From the NCBI GenBank assembly GCA_036405175.1, contig DASWYC010000002.1, forward strand, positions 123,429 through 187,428: a stretch of 64,000 nucleotides of DNA, read 5' to 3'. The notes beneath the pieces were generated by a model. That model did not search any database. It saw nothing but the letters and a program-made list of their open reading frames with translations, and was not told the origin of the DNA. Position 1 is the stretch's first letter; every line of letters begins with the position of its first letter. Positions 9,041 through 18,400 of this stretch are shown here, in pieces. Position numbers and translations under genes: made by a program. The DNA is from Minisyncoccota bacterium (GTDB lineage: Bacteria > Patescibacteriota > Minisyncoccia > Phycocordibacterales > UBA1006).

Positions 9041-9073
9041 CCGCTCTAGAGTTTAGAGGGGATTTTTTATTTT
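9041..9073 (+). terminator. terminator/attenuator hairpin in the leuS 5' leader (ccgctcta/tagagggg then attttttatttt)
   Basis: 7/8-bp stem plus T-run, 44 nt before the leuS ATG. Preceded by a second hairpin ggttggtggaaatct/agattttgccaacc and a 7-codon ORF, MMDKFPL, ending in a Leu codon. Confidence 0.45.
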
Positions 9074-9116
9074 AATTCTCGCAAAAAGACCTTATCTTTG
9101 CTATGATGAGAATATT

Positions 9117-12074
9117 ATGAAGCAGGAATTTGACCCGAAAGCGTTCGAGAAAAAATGGCAGGATTACTGGCAAGAAAACGGCACCTACTCAACCAATTTT
9201 GAATCATCAAAACCAAAGAAATATATTCTGGATATGTTTCCCTATCCATCAGGGGCAGGACTCCATGTAGGACATCCTCGTGGATATATTGGAACGGATG
9301 TGTACTCACGTTTCCAACGCATGAAAGGGTTTGAAGTGCTTCACCCTATGGGATTTGATGCGTTTGGTCTGCCGGCAGAAGAGTATGCACTCAAAATGAA
9401 AACAACACCGCAGCTTTCGGTGTCACAAAATATTCAACGATATAAACAGCAGCTTGAAATTATGGGAGTTGATTACGATTGGTCAAACATGGTCTCAACG
9501 ACTGATGAGCAATTCTATAAATGGACACAGTGGATCTTTTTGGAGTGTTACAAAAAAGGACTCGCATATGAATCAAATGAACCGATCAACTGGTGTCCAA
9601 GTTGTAAGACGGGTCTTGCTAATGAAGATTTAAATAGTGATGGAACCTGTGAGCGCTGTGGAACGTTGGTTGAAAAAAAACCACTCAGACAGTGGGTATT
9701 AAAAATTACTGACTACGCAGATAAATTATTGACTGGACTTGATACACTTCCATTATGGCCGGACTTTGTTAAAGAATCGCAGCGCAATTGGATTGGAAAA
9801 AGTGAAGGAAGTGAATTTGTATTTAAATTAGTTGACGCAAACGGTAACGGGCTCGAAGAATCACTTACCGTATTTACTACACGTGCAGATACGTTGTTTG
9901 GGGTGACGTATGTGGTTGTTGCACCAGAACATGCATTGGTGACGAATAGTGCGATTGTAAATAAGCACGAAGTACTTGGCTATCAAGAATCTGCATTTAA
10001 GAAAAATGAAATTGAGCGTTCAAATCAAACTCTTGAAAAAACTGGCGTGAAAGTCGACGGTGTATTTGCCGTGCATCCTGCAACGGGTGAGCATATTCCG
10101 GTATATGTTGCTGATTATGTAATTGGATCATATGGAACGGGAGCCGTGATGGGTGTTCCTGCGCATGATGAACGTGATTTTGCGTTTGCAAAAAAATATA
10201 ACATTCCTGTTAAAAAGGTAGTATTTATTGAAAATGGTGATCGTCGTGAGAATGAAGAATTTAGAAATGGAGGTTGTGGTGTTATTTTTGATCCTGCCAC
10301 ACAAAAATATGCAGTAGCTAAGTGGAATGATGACGGGCGAGTATTGTTGTTTGCTGGAGGCGTTGATGATGGAGAAGATGTACACGATGGAGTATTAAGA
10401 GAAGTAAAAGAAGAAAGTGGTCTGTATGATATTAAGCACTTTGAATGGGTTGATACGGCTTACGCTCACTACTTTAATAAAGCGAAAAATGTAAATCGTG
10501 TTGCACGTGCTGAGTGCTATTTGGCTATTCTTAATTCTGCCGATGCGCAAGAAGTTCATCGGGAGCCTCATGAGAATTTTGAGTTAGTATGGATGAGTGC
10601 CCAAGAAATCTTAAATCATTGGATTGAAAAAAATGATTCAGGCTTACATCACTACATTCATTTCTTTAAGCAGGCGGTTGCTCGAGCTATTGAACTTGGT
10701 CATGATGCCGTGTCCTCTTCAAAAGTTTTTGCGGCAAACGCATTTTGTGATGATGGAATAGTTGAATTAGAATCAGGCGTAAATGGAATTACGTCTGAAG
10801 AAGCTCGCATAAAAATTACCGAACAATTTGGAAAGAAAGTTGTTAATTATAAAATTCGTGATTGGACATTTTCTCGTCAGCGTTATTGGGGTGAACCAAT
10901 TCCTCTTGTGTTTGACGCTAATCATAAAGCATATCCACTTCATATGAGTGAGCTTCCAGTAACACTTCCGAACGTTGAATTTTACGAGCCAACAGGAACC
11001 GGAGAATCGCCACTTGCGAACATTTCTGAATGGATGAATGTTGAAGGATATGTAGCCGAAGATGGGTCTGTGAAAACCATTAAAGAAGGAGAGTCTGCAC
11101 CCACAGGTGTAGCGGTTCAAAAGTTTACACGTGAATCAAACACCATGCCAGGATGGGCAGGTTCATCGTGGTATTACATCCGCTATATTGATATGAATAA
11201 TGACAATGAATTTATCAGCAAAGAGCGCGAACAAAAATGGTTGCCGGTTGATATGTATGTTGGTGGTGTTGAGCACGCAACACGTCACCTTATCTATGCA
11301 CGCTTTTGGCATAAAGTACTCTTTGATCTTGGATTTGTTCACACCGAAGAACCATTTACCGTTTTGAAAAACCAAGGACTCATTATGGCAAGCGATGGTC
11401 GCAAGATGAGTAAGCGTTGGGCGAATGTGGTAAATCCGGATGACGTAATTGCAATGTTCGGAGCTGATGCGTTCCGCATGTTTGAGCTCTTTATTGCACC
11501 ATTTGATCAAACAACACCGTGGCAAGATGATGGCGTAGTGGGAACCCGCCGATTCCTTGAACGTGTGCACAAATTAATGATTGCTGATCATAAAGAAGGG
11601 GAAGAGTCTGCAGAAGTGCTTAAAGCGCTCCATAAATCAATTAAGAAACTCACCGACGGTATTGAAAATTTTGCATTCAACACGTGCGTTTCTGATTTGA
11701 TGATTACCTTGAAGGTGCTTGAAAAACAGGAAGATGGGGTAACTGTTGAGGCTAAAAAAATCTTTGCACAGTTGTTGGCACCAATGGCACCACATGCAAC
11801 CGAAGAATGGTGGCGTATGTTGGGTGAAGAAACATCAATTCACAATAGTGCATGGCCTCAGTATGATGAGAAGTATCTTGTTGATGATGAAATGACTATT
11901 GCAGTCCAGATTAACGGAAAAGTTCGTGCGACCGTAGTCATTGCTGCTGATGCAGATGAAGCTGCGGTGCGTGAATTAGTATATGCACAAGAAGCGGTTC
12001 AAAAATATACTACAGGGGTTGAGATTAAGAAGGAAATGTATATTCCAGGAAAGATTTATACGATTGTAATCTAA
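9117..12074 (+). CDS. leuS: leucyl-tRNA synthetase carrying an inserted Nudix hydrolase domain
   Basis: PYPSGAGLHVGHPRGY (HIGH), TTRADTLFGVTY, GTGAVMGVPAHDERDF, RQRYWGEPIP, KMSKR (KMSKS). At 985 aa it is ~130 aa longer than typical. The extra segment contains Nudix box GGVDDGEDVHDGVLREVKEESGL. Confidence 0.9.
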   Translation: MKQEFDPKAFEKKWQDYWQENGTYSTNFESSKPKKYILDMFPYPSGAGLHVGHPRGYIGTDVYSRFQRMKGFEVLHPMGFDAFGLPAEEYALKMKTTPQLSVSQNIQRYKQQLEIMGVDYDWSNMVSTTDEQFYKWTQWIFLECYKKGLAYESNEPINWCPSCKTGLANEDLNSDGTCERCGTLVEKKPLRQWVLKITDYADKLLTGLDTLPLWPDFVKESQRNWIGKSEGSEFVFKLVDANGNGLEESLTVFTTRADTLFGVTYVVVAPEHALVTNSAIVNKHEVLGYQESAFKKNEIERSNQTLEKTGVKVDGVFAVHPATGEHIPVYVADYVIGSYGTGAVMGVPAHDERDFAFAKKYNIPVKKVVFIENGDRRENEEFRNGGCGVIFDPATQKYAVAKWNDDGRVLLFAGGVDDGEDVHDGVLREVKEESGLYDIKHFEWVDTAYAHYFNKAKNVNRVARAECYLAILNSADAQEVHREPHENFELVWMSAQEILNHWIEKNDSGLHHYIHFFKQAVARAIELGHDAVSSSKVFAANAFCDDGIVELESGVNGITSEEARIKITEQFGKKVVNYKIRDWTFSRQRYWGEPIPLVFDANHKAYPLHMSELPVTLPNVEFYEPTGTGESPLANISEWMNVEGYVAEDGSVKTIKEGESAPTGVAVQKFTRESNTMPGWAGSSWYYIRYIDMNNDNEFISKEREQKWLPVDMYVGGVEHATRHLIYARFWHKVLFDLGFVHTEEPFTVLKNQGLIMASDGRKMSKRWANVVNPDDVIAMFGADAFRMFELFIAPFDQTTPWQDDGVVGTRRFLERVHKLMIADHKEGEESAEVLKALHKSIKKLTDGIENFAFNTCVSDLMITLKVLEKQEDGVTVEAKKIFAQLLAPMAPHATEEWWRMLGEETSIHNSAWPQYDEKYLVDDEMTIAVQINGKVRATVVIAADADEAAVRELVYAQEAVQKYTTGVEIKKEMYIPGKIYTIVI

Positions 12075-12077
12075 AAT

Positions 12078-12779
12078 ATGAAAATCCTCTGGTGGAATGT
12101 TGGTCATGCATTTTTTGAAAAGCCTTCAAATTTTATAAAACTCTACAAAGGAGAAACGATGGATTGTTTTTATGATCCGCTCCATGGACCGGCACTTTCA
12201 GCATGGATCGCACAAGAAAATTATGATGTGGTATGTTTAACCGAAATTACTTCTGCAAAAGATTTAGAATCATTTAATCTTCCTGAATACAAATATAAAG
12301 ATTGGATTCCATCAGCATCGCATGCTCATGGGCGAGCTGTACTCAGTAAAATTCCTTTTATTAAAACCACTAAACAATACGGAAACTATAACGTTGCGGC
12401 ATATGATATAGGAGATGCTGTAATTATTCCGGTGCATTTTCATTGGGCAGATACAAAAATCAGAATGGATGAGGTGATTTCTGCGATTCAGTGTATTAAT
12501 GAGCAGGTAAAGCCAGTGCTTTTGGTGGGTGATTTTAATATGTGGTCATTTATGAGCACGCGACAAGTTTGGAAGGGAGATAGAAAAACATTTAGGATGT
12601 TAAATCGTGAATTGTTTGAACTAACTCAACATATTACAACTACTGAAATGATTCCTGGTATGAAACTTGATTATGTATTTACACAATCAGATAATGTAGA
12701 AATGTTTACCGTTGAGCGTGCTAAAAACTATCCAAAGCTTGGCATGGATCACAAGCCTTTGACTATTGAGATTATATAA
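12078..12779 (+). CDS. endonuclease/exonuclease/phosphatase (EEP) family protein
   Basis: ILWWNV start, VLLVGDFN and MDHKPL motifs typical of the EEP fold. Begins 3 nt after the leuS stop. Confidence 0.55.
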   Translation: MKILWWNVGHAFFEKPSNFIKLYKGETMDCFYDPLHGPALSAWIAQENYDVVCLTEITSAKDLESFNLPEYKYKDWIPSASHAHGRAVLSKIPFIKTTKQYGNYNVAAYDIGDAVIIPVHFHWADTKIRMDEVISAIQCINEQVKPVLLVGDFNMWSFMSTRQVWKGDRKTFRMLNRELFELTQHITTTEMIPGMKLDYVFTQSDNVEMFTVERAKNYPKLGMDHKPLTIEII

Positions 12780-12843
12780 TTGACAATGAGGATCTTTGAT
12801 CGTACACTAAAATTCATCGTTCAATTTTAAAAAATTTATATCA

Positions 12844-13353
12844 ATGAAAAATCAGATTACGAAAGAGCAGGCTGTTTTGAGACGAAATAGCATGATCCAA
12901 TCTATCGAATCAGGCAATTGCTTGCCGACTCTTGAAAACATTTTCAAGACAATTGAGAATCCTTATCGAACCAAGCTGGATGGTAGTCTCAAAAACAGGT
13001 CGTTAGTATGGATTAATAAGATCCTATTAGAAGAGTATTTAGAAAATGGCGAATTCACTGGAGATCGGAATTATATTTTTGATTCACAGCATAAAGTGAC
13101 CATTCCAAAGTTCAAGAGAGAACAACTTAAGTATCCAAGTCATCAGTTTCAATTGACGTGGAAAACAGTAAAAGGTCATGACTATATACTCACGATCCAT
13201 TGTAGTTCAGAAGGAGAAAGTAAGCCCTTACTGCTGGTATCTGCATTGCAATTAAAACCCAAAGAAAAGAAAAAAATTAATACAACACATCTTGAAACTC
13301 TTAAATCAACATGCAAGATGTGGAATATGGAGTTGTCAGTCGCAGCTGCATAG
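12844..13353 (+). CDS. hypothetical protein (169 aa)
   Basis: ORF only. No recognisable motif. Confidence 0.35.
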   Translation: MKNQITKEQAVLRRNSMIQSIESGNCLPTLENIFKTIENPYRTKLDGSLKNRSLVWINKILLEEYLENGEFTGDRNYIFDSQHKVTIPKFKREQLKYPSHQFQLTWKTVKGHDYILTIHCSSEGESKPLLLVSALQLKPKEKKKINTTHLETLKSTCKMWNMELSVAAA

Positions 13354-13376
13354 TTGTTGTGGGATTTTTAATCCAT

Positions 13377-13408
13377 AAAAGTCAACGAGAAGTTGACTTT
13401 TATTTTTT
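13377..13408 (+). terminator. intrinsic terminator (aaaagtcaac-gaga-gttgactttt then tattttttac)
   Basis: 10-bp perfect stem, GNRA-like loop, T-run. Confidence 0.7.
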
Positions 13409-13433
13409 ACTAATATAGATATAGAATGGACAT

Positions 13434-13886
13434 ATGAATTACTGGCTCATGAAAACCGAACCATCAACATATAGTATTGATGATCTTAAAAAAGATAAAA
13501 TTACGTCATGGGAAGGCGTACGAAATTATCAAGCACGTAATTATATGATGCATGATATGCAGGTGGATGATCTGGTACTTGTTTATCATTCAAATACTGA
13601 TGAAATTGGTGTGGTTGGTATTGGAAAAGTTGCTACTAAGGCTTATCCAGATAAGACTCAATTTGATCCACAAAGTGATTATTATGATCCTAAATCAACC
13701 AAAGAAAACCCGCGATGGTGGTGCGTTGATATTGGATTTGTTGAAAAATTTCCTAAGATTTTAACGTTGAATAAAATCAAAAGCTGTCCTGAGTTATCCA
13801 ATATGGTAGTAGCTCAAAAAGGTTCACGGCTTTCAATTACTCCGGTTGAGAAAAAACATTTTGAAGGCATACAAAAGAGATGCTAA
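13434..13886 (+). CDS. EVE (PUA-like) domain protein
   Basis: MNYWLMKTEPSTYSIDDL...WEGVRNYQARNYM...DLVLVYHS matches EVE-domain N-terminal signatures. Confidence 0.65.
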   Translation: MNYWLMKTEPSTYSIDDLKKDKITSWEGVRNYQARNYMMHDMQVDDLVLVYHSNTDEIGVVGIGKVATKAYPDKTQFDPQSDYYDPKSTKENPRWWCVDIGFVEKFPKILTLNKIKSCPELSNMVVAQKGSRLSITPVEKKHFEGIQKRC

Positions 13887-13946
13887 TACCTACTTAGCAA
13901 AACAAAGTCCTGACAGAAAACTTGCTTTTTGATATACTCAAACTAT

Positions 13947-14369
13947 ATGAAATCATTTATCGCTAAATATAATCTGTATCTTATTTTTGGAGTTTCGCTC
14001 TTGGCAATGCTCGGAAGTCTCTTTTTTAGTGAAGTAATGGATTTGCCACCATGTGTATTGTGCTGGTATCAGCGCATTGCACTCTATCCAATGGTAATTT
14101 TATCAGCTATTGCAATCTATAAGAAATCAAGAGAAGTATATAGCTATATGCTAGGGCTTTTGATTCCCGGATTCCTTATTTCGCTTTATCATAACTTACT
14201 CTACTATAAAATACTTCCAGAAAGCGTGTCTCCATGCACGGCGGGGGTATCATGTACGACCAAATTCTTTGAGTGGTTTGGCTTCATTACCATTCCTTTG
14301 CTTGCATTTGCTGCATTTGTTATACTGATCCTACTTGTGGTGAAAGGAAAAAATCGCCAAAGTAACTAA
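13947..14369 (+). CDS. disulfide bond formation protein B (DsbB/BdbC family)
   Basis: Four TM helices, CVLCWYQR (CxxC) in the first loop and a second Cys pair CTAGVSC. Confidence 0.6.
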   Translation: MKSFIAKYNLYLIFGVSLLAMLGSLFFSEVMDLPPCVLCWYQRIALYPMVILSAIAIYKKSREVYSYMLGLLIPGFLISLYHNLLYYKILPESVSPCTAGVSCTTKFFEWFGFITIPLLAFAAFVILILLVVKGKNRQSN

Positions 14370-14376
14370 TATATTT

Positions 14377-15105
14377 ATGAAGAATGAAACAAAAATTATT
14401 ATTGGAATTGTAATTGCAGCTGTTGCAATACTCATAGTTGGAGCATTTGTGTTCTCAAAGAATGCCGTGCAAGACGAAGTAGTATCAAATGAGCCAGTTG
14501 CAATGGATATTTTGGTAAAACCAAACAGTCATACCACGGGACTTTCTCAAGGAGAAAGTAAGGTAACCCTGGTTGAATTTGCAGACTTTGAGTGTCCTGC
14601 ATGTGCTTATGCTCATCCAATGACAAAAAAGATTATGAAGGATTATGCTGATAAGATCACTTTGGTGTATCGTAACTTCCCGCTTCATATAAATTCTAAT
14701 CTTGCAATCTATGCGGCCGAGGCTGCAGGTGAGCAAGGTAAGTTCTGGGAAATGCATGATAGATTGTTCGAAGGACAGCAATCATGGACCGGCAAGCCTA
14801 CTAAAGAAGTGAAAGAAATCTTTGGTCAGTATGCAACAGAAATTGGACTGGATGTTACAAAGTTCAAGGATGTAATGGATAGCAAAAAGTACGATAACTT
14901 GATTGAGTCAGATAAGAAAGACGGAAACACTGCTGGTGTGGGAGGAACTCCAACATTCTTCTTGAACGGTAAGCGTCTTGAAGGAGGCGTGCCAACAGAA
15001 GCTGGTTTGCGCAAGCTTATTGATGAAGCACTCAAGGCTAAAGTTCCAGCAACTCCAACTGCAGAAATTGGAAACATTGAAGTTGAAGCAGTTCCTGCTC
15101 AATAA
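14377..15105 (+). CDS. DsbA/BdbD-family thiol:disulfide oxidoreductase, membrane-anchored
   Basis: N-terminal TM anchor, thioredoxin-fold CPAC active site (FADFECPACAYAHP). GGTPTFFLNGK cis-Pro loop region. Confidence 0.65.
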   Translation: MKNETKIIIGIVIAAVAILIVGAFVFSKNAVQDEVVSNEPVAMDILVKPNSHTTGLSQGESKVTLVEFADFECPACAYAHPMTKKIMKDYADKITLVYRNFPLHINSNLAIYAAEAAGEQGKFWEMHDRLFEGQQSWTGKPTKEVKEIFGQYATEIGLDVTKFKDVMDSKKYDNLIESDKKDGNTAGVGGTPTFFLNGKRLEGGVPTEAGLRKLIDEALKAKVPATPTAEIGNIEVEAVPAQ

Positions 15106-15225
15106 TCAATTGAAAAACCTTAGCGAAAGCTCGGGTTTTTGTTTACTTGATAAAAAGTAGCTTGAATAGTATCCTGTATCTAGAAGTGTAGTTTCTAGTA
15201 ATAACCTTTAAAAAATTATTGTCAC

Positions 15226-15333
15226 ATGAGAAAGTTTACTGCTATTAGTTCGGCCATTGTGGTGGCTTTGGCGGTCTGCTTCTTTAAAGATAGTAGATCA
15301 GGTATATATAAGTTGTTTTTATCAAAAAGCTGA
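15226..15333 (+). CDS. candidate small hydrophobic peptide (35 aa, MRKFTAISSAIVVALAVCFFKD...)
   Basis: Short ORF with one TM-like segment, followed by the hairpin terminator at 15360-15387. No SD sequence. Speculative. Confidence 0.15.
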   Translation: MRKFTAISSAIVVALAVCFFKDSRSGIYKLFLSKS

Positions 15334-15359
15334 TTTCTAAAATGTTTTGCAGGTAAGAA

Positions 15360-15387
15360 ATAGTCCTTTCAGAAGGACTATTTTAAT
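15360..15387 (+). terminator. intrinsic terminator (tagtcctt-tcag-aaggacta then ttttaatat)
   Basis: 8-bp perfect stem and T-run, 74 nt upstream of the dnaE ATG. Confidence 0.55.
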
Positions 15388-15460
15388 ATATCTTTATTTG
15401 GCGACCATGCCACTGCCTGGTCAAGGTGTGGAAAGAAGGTCCATTGCTATACTAAATACC

Positions 15461-18400
15461 ATGTCGGAAGATACGCTCTCAAAACCATCTTCATTTGTGC
15501 ATTTGCACTGTCATACGCACTACTCGCTCCTTGATGGACTTAACAAAATTCCGGATCTCGTAAAAAAATGTAAAGAATTTAATATGGGTGCGTGTGCAAT
15601 TACTGACCATGGAAACATGCACGGTGCGCTTGAGTTTTATAAGGAATGTAATAAGCATGGCGTAAAGCCAATCATTGGTCTTGAAGCATATGTGGCAAAT
15701 CGTAGCCGCTTTGATAAAGATGCCGGAATTGATAATAAGCGTTTCCATTTAACCTTGCTTGCAAAAAATGAACAAGGATACAAAAACTTGATGAAAATTT
15801 CTTCAAAGGCATTTCTTGAAGGATATTACTATAAGCCTCGTGCAGATAAGGAATTACTTAAACAATACGGTGAAGGAATTATTTGTCTTACCGGATGTCC
15901 GGGATCAGAATTTATTTTTTATCTTAAGAACGGTGATCGTGCAAAAGCAGAAGGGCTCGTTGATTTTTATGTTGAGATTTTTGGACACGAACATGTATTT
16001 GTTGAAATCATGCGCCACGATGAGGTTGATTGGTATGTGCCTCTTAAAGATACGATTTTTGAAATTGCCCTCAAAAAAGGTTTGCAAGTTGTTGCTACGT
16101 GGGATTCTCACTATACGTGTAAAGAAGATCATCCAATTCATGATGTTCTTTTGGAAATTAATACCAATAATAAAGAATTTAAACTCACCGGAGATTATCA
16201 CTTTATCAATGAACACGAAGCACATGAAATCTATGAGGGCTTTGGTGACGCCGTAGTAAATACTACTAAAGTTGCAGACTTGGTAGATATTAAACTTGAT
16301 TTGGGTAATTGGTACTTCCCGCCGTTTCCTATTCCAGAAGGGGAAACACACGACTCACTGTTGCGTAAAAAAGTGTATGAAAAGGTTGAGTGGCGTTACA
16401 AAGAACTCACCGATGAAATTAAAGATCGTATTGAGCATGAGCTGGATGTGATCGCGTTTAAAGGGTTTTCAATTTACATTTTGATTGTGGCGGATCTTTT
16501 GGAGTATGCACACAATGAGGGAATTTTGACGAATATTCGTGGGTCAGTTGCAGGTTCTATTGTTACGTATTTGCTTGGAATTACGAGTGTTGATCCGCTC
16601 TACTTTAAACTTCCGTTTACCCGTTTTTTGAATCGTGAGCGTCCATCTGCGCCGGATATCGATATGGATATGGCGGATAACCGTCGTGATGACATGCTTG
16701 ACTATGCGCGCAGAAAGTACGGACGTGACGCTGTTGCACAGATTGGTACATTTGGAACTATGGCTGCGCGTGGTAGCGTGCGTGACGTTGCGCGTTCACT
16801 CGGTTATTCATATGAAACGGGAGATAAAATTTCTAAACTCATTCCACTTGGTCAGCAGGGGGCAACGATGACATTGGAAAAGGCACTCAAGATTGAACCG
16901 GACTTTAAAAAACTCTACGATTCAGATGCTGATGTTCGTAAGATTGTTGATATTGCAAAAAAGATTGAAGGTTCTGCGCGTCACGTGTCGGTTCATGCGG
17001 CGGGTGTGGTGATTTCTCCAACCGGAAATGTTGATGACTTTGCGCCGGTGCAGTTGGATCCAAAAGGGGGAAAGATTATTACACAGTACGATATGCACTA
17101 TGTTGAAGAGTCTGGTCTTATTAAGTTTGACTTCTTGGGACTCCGCAACTTGGGAATTCTTAAAGAGGCGCTCGATCGTGTAGAAAAAATTCGAGGTGTA
17201 GTGATTGATCTTGATAATCTTCCACAAAATGATCCAAAGACATTTGCTATGTTGGCGCGCGGAGAGACGGAAGGAGTATTCCAGCTTTCTGGAGGAGGAA
17301 TGACTAAATGGTTGATGGAACTTAAGCCATCAAACATAGATGATATTAACGCAATGGTTGCACTTTTTCGTCCGGGTCCAATGGATATGATTCCGGAATA
17401 TATTAAACGTAAACATAATCCAGCAAACGTACGTTTTGCAGATCCTCGTCTTAAAAATATTCTTGATCGTTCATATGGAGTGATTGTGTATCAGGATGAC
17501 GTGATGCTTATTTCTATTGAGCTTGCCGGATACAGCTGGCTTGAAGCGGATAAACTTCGTAAAGCAATGGGAAAGAAAATTCCGGAAGTTCTTCAGGCTG
17601 AAAAAGAAAAACTCATGAAAGGATTTGAAAAGAATGGCGTGAAAGCAGAAGTTATGGAAGAGTTGTGGGCGCAGATTGAACCGTTTGCAATGTATGGATT
17701 TAACAAAGCGCACGCAGCGTCGTATGGGCAATTGGCGTACCGTACGGCATATATGAAGGCGCATTATCCTCATGAATTTATGTCGGCAATTATGACTGCT
17801 GAATCCGGTGATCTTGAAAAGGTTGCAGATATTATCAATGAGTGTAAGCGCATGGGATTTCAGATCTTGCCGCCAGATGTTAATGAAAGTTATTCAGACT
17901 TTACGGTGGTGCTTGGTGAAGACAAGCAGCCAACCGATGAAATTCGCTTTGGGCTCAATAACGTTAAAAATCTTGGAGAAGATATTGGAAAGGCCATCAT
18001 TCATGAACGCAAAGCGGGTGGTAAGTTTACCTCATTCGAAAACTTCTTAGAGCGTGTGACGCATAAAAATTTGAATAAGAAATCATTGGAAGCACTTACG
18101 ATGTGTGGAGCATTGGATGAAATGATTGAGCGTAACGCCGTGCTTGCTAATATGGATACTATTTTAGCTTTCCATAAAGAATTAAAAGAAATGGGGAATG
18201 CACAAGATTCATTGTTTGGTGATTCTGCAGAAATAAAACCAAAGCTTCGATTGGCAGAAGTTGATCCGGTGTCGAAAGAGCGTATGTTGTTATGGGAAAA
18301 AGATTTGCTTGGATTGTATGTTTCCGGACATCCACTTGATAAATTTAAAGAGCGTCTTGTTAAGAGTAATAATTCAACCCAAAGAATCATGGAGCATGGC

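Noticed and set aside
8940-9116. Possible T-box riboswitch upstream of leuS
   Set aside because: The leader is only ~110 nt and lacks the conserved T-box sequence (AGGGUGGNACCGCG). No specifier-loop/Stem I architecture could be drawn. Reported instead as a generic attenuator-like leader.
15347-15460. N-terminal extension of dnaE in the ORF track (MQVRNSPFRR...)
   Set aside because: The extension overlaps a terminator hairpin (15360-15387) and has no similarity to DnaE. The conserved PHP domain begins right after ATG 15461.
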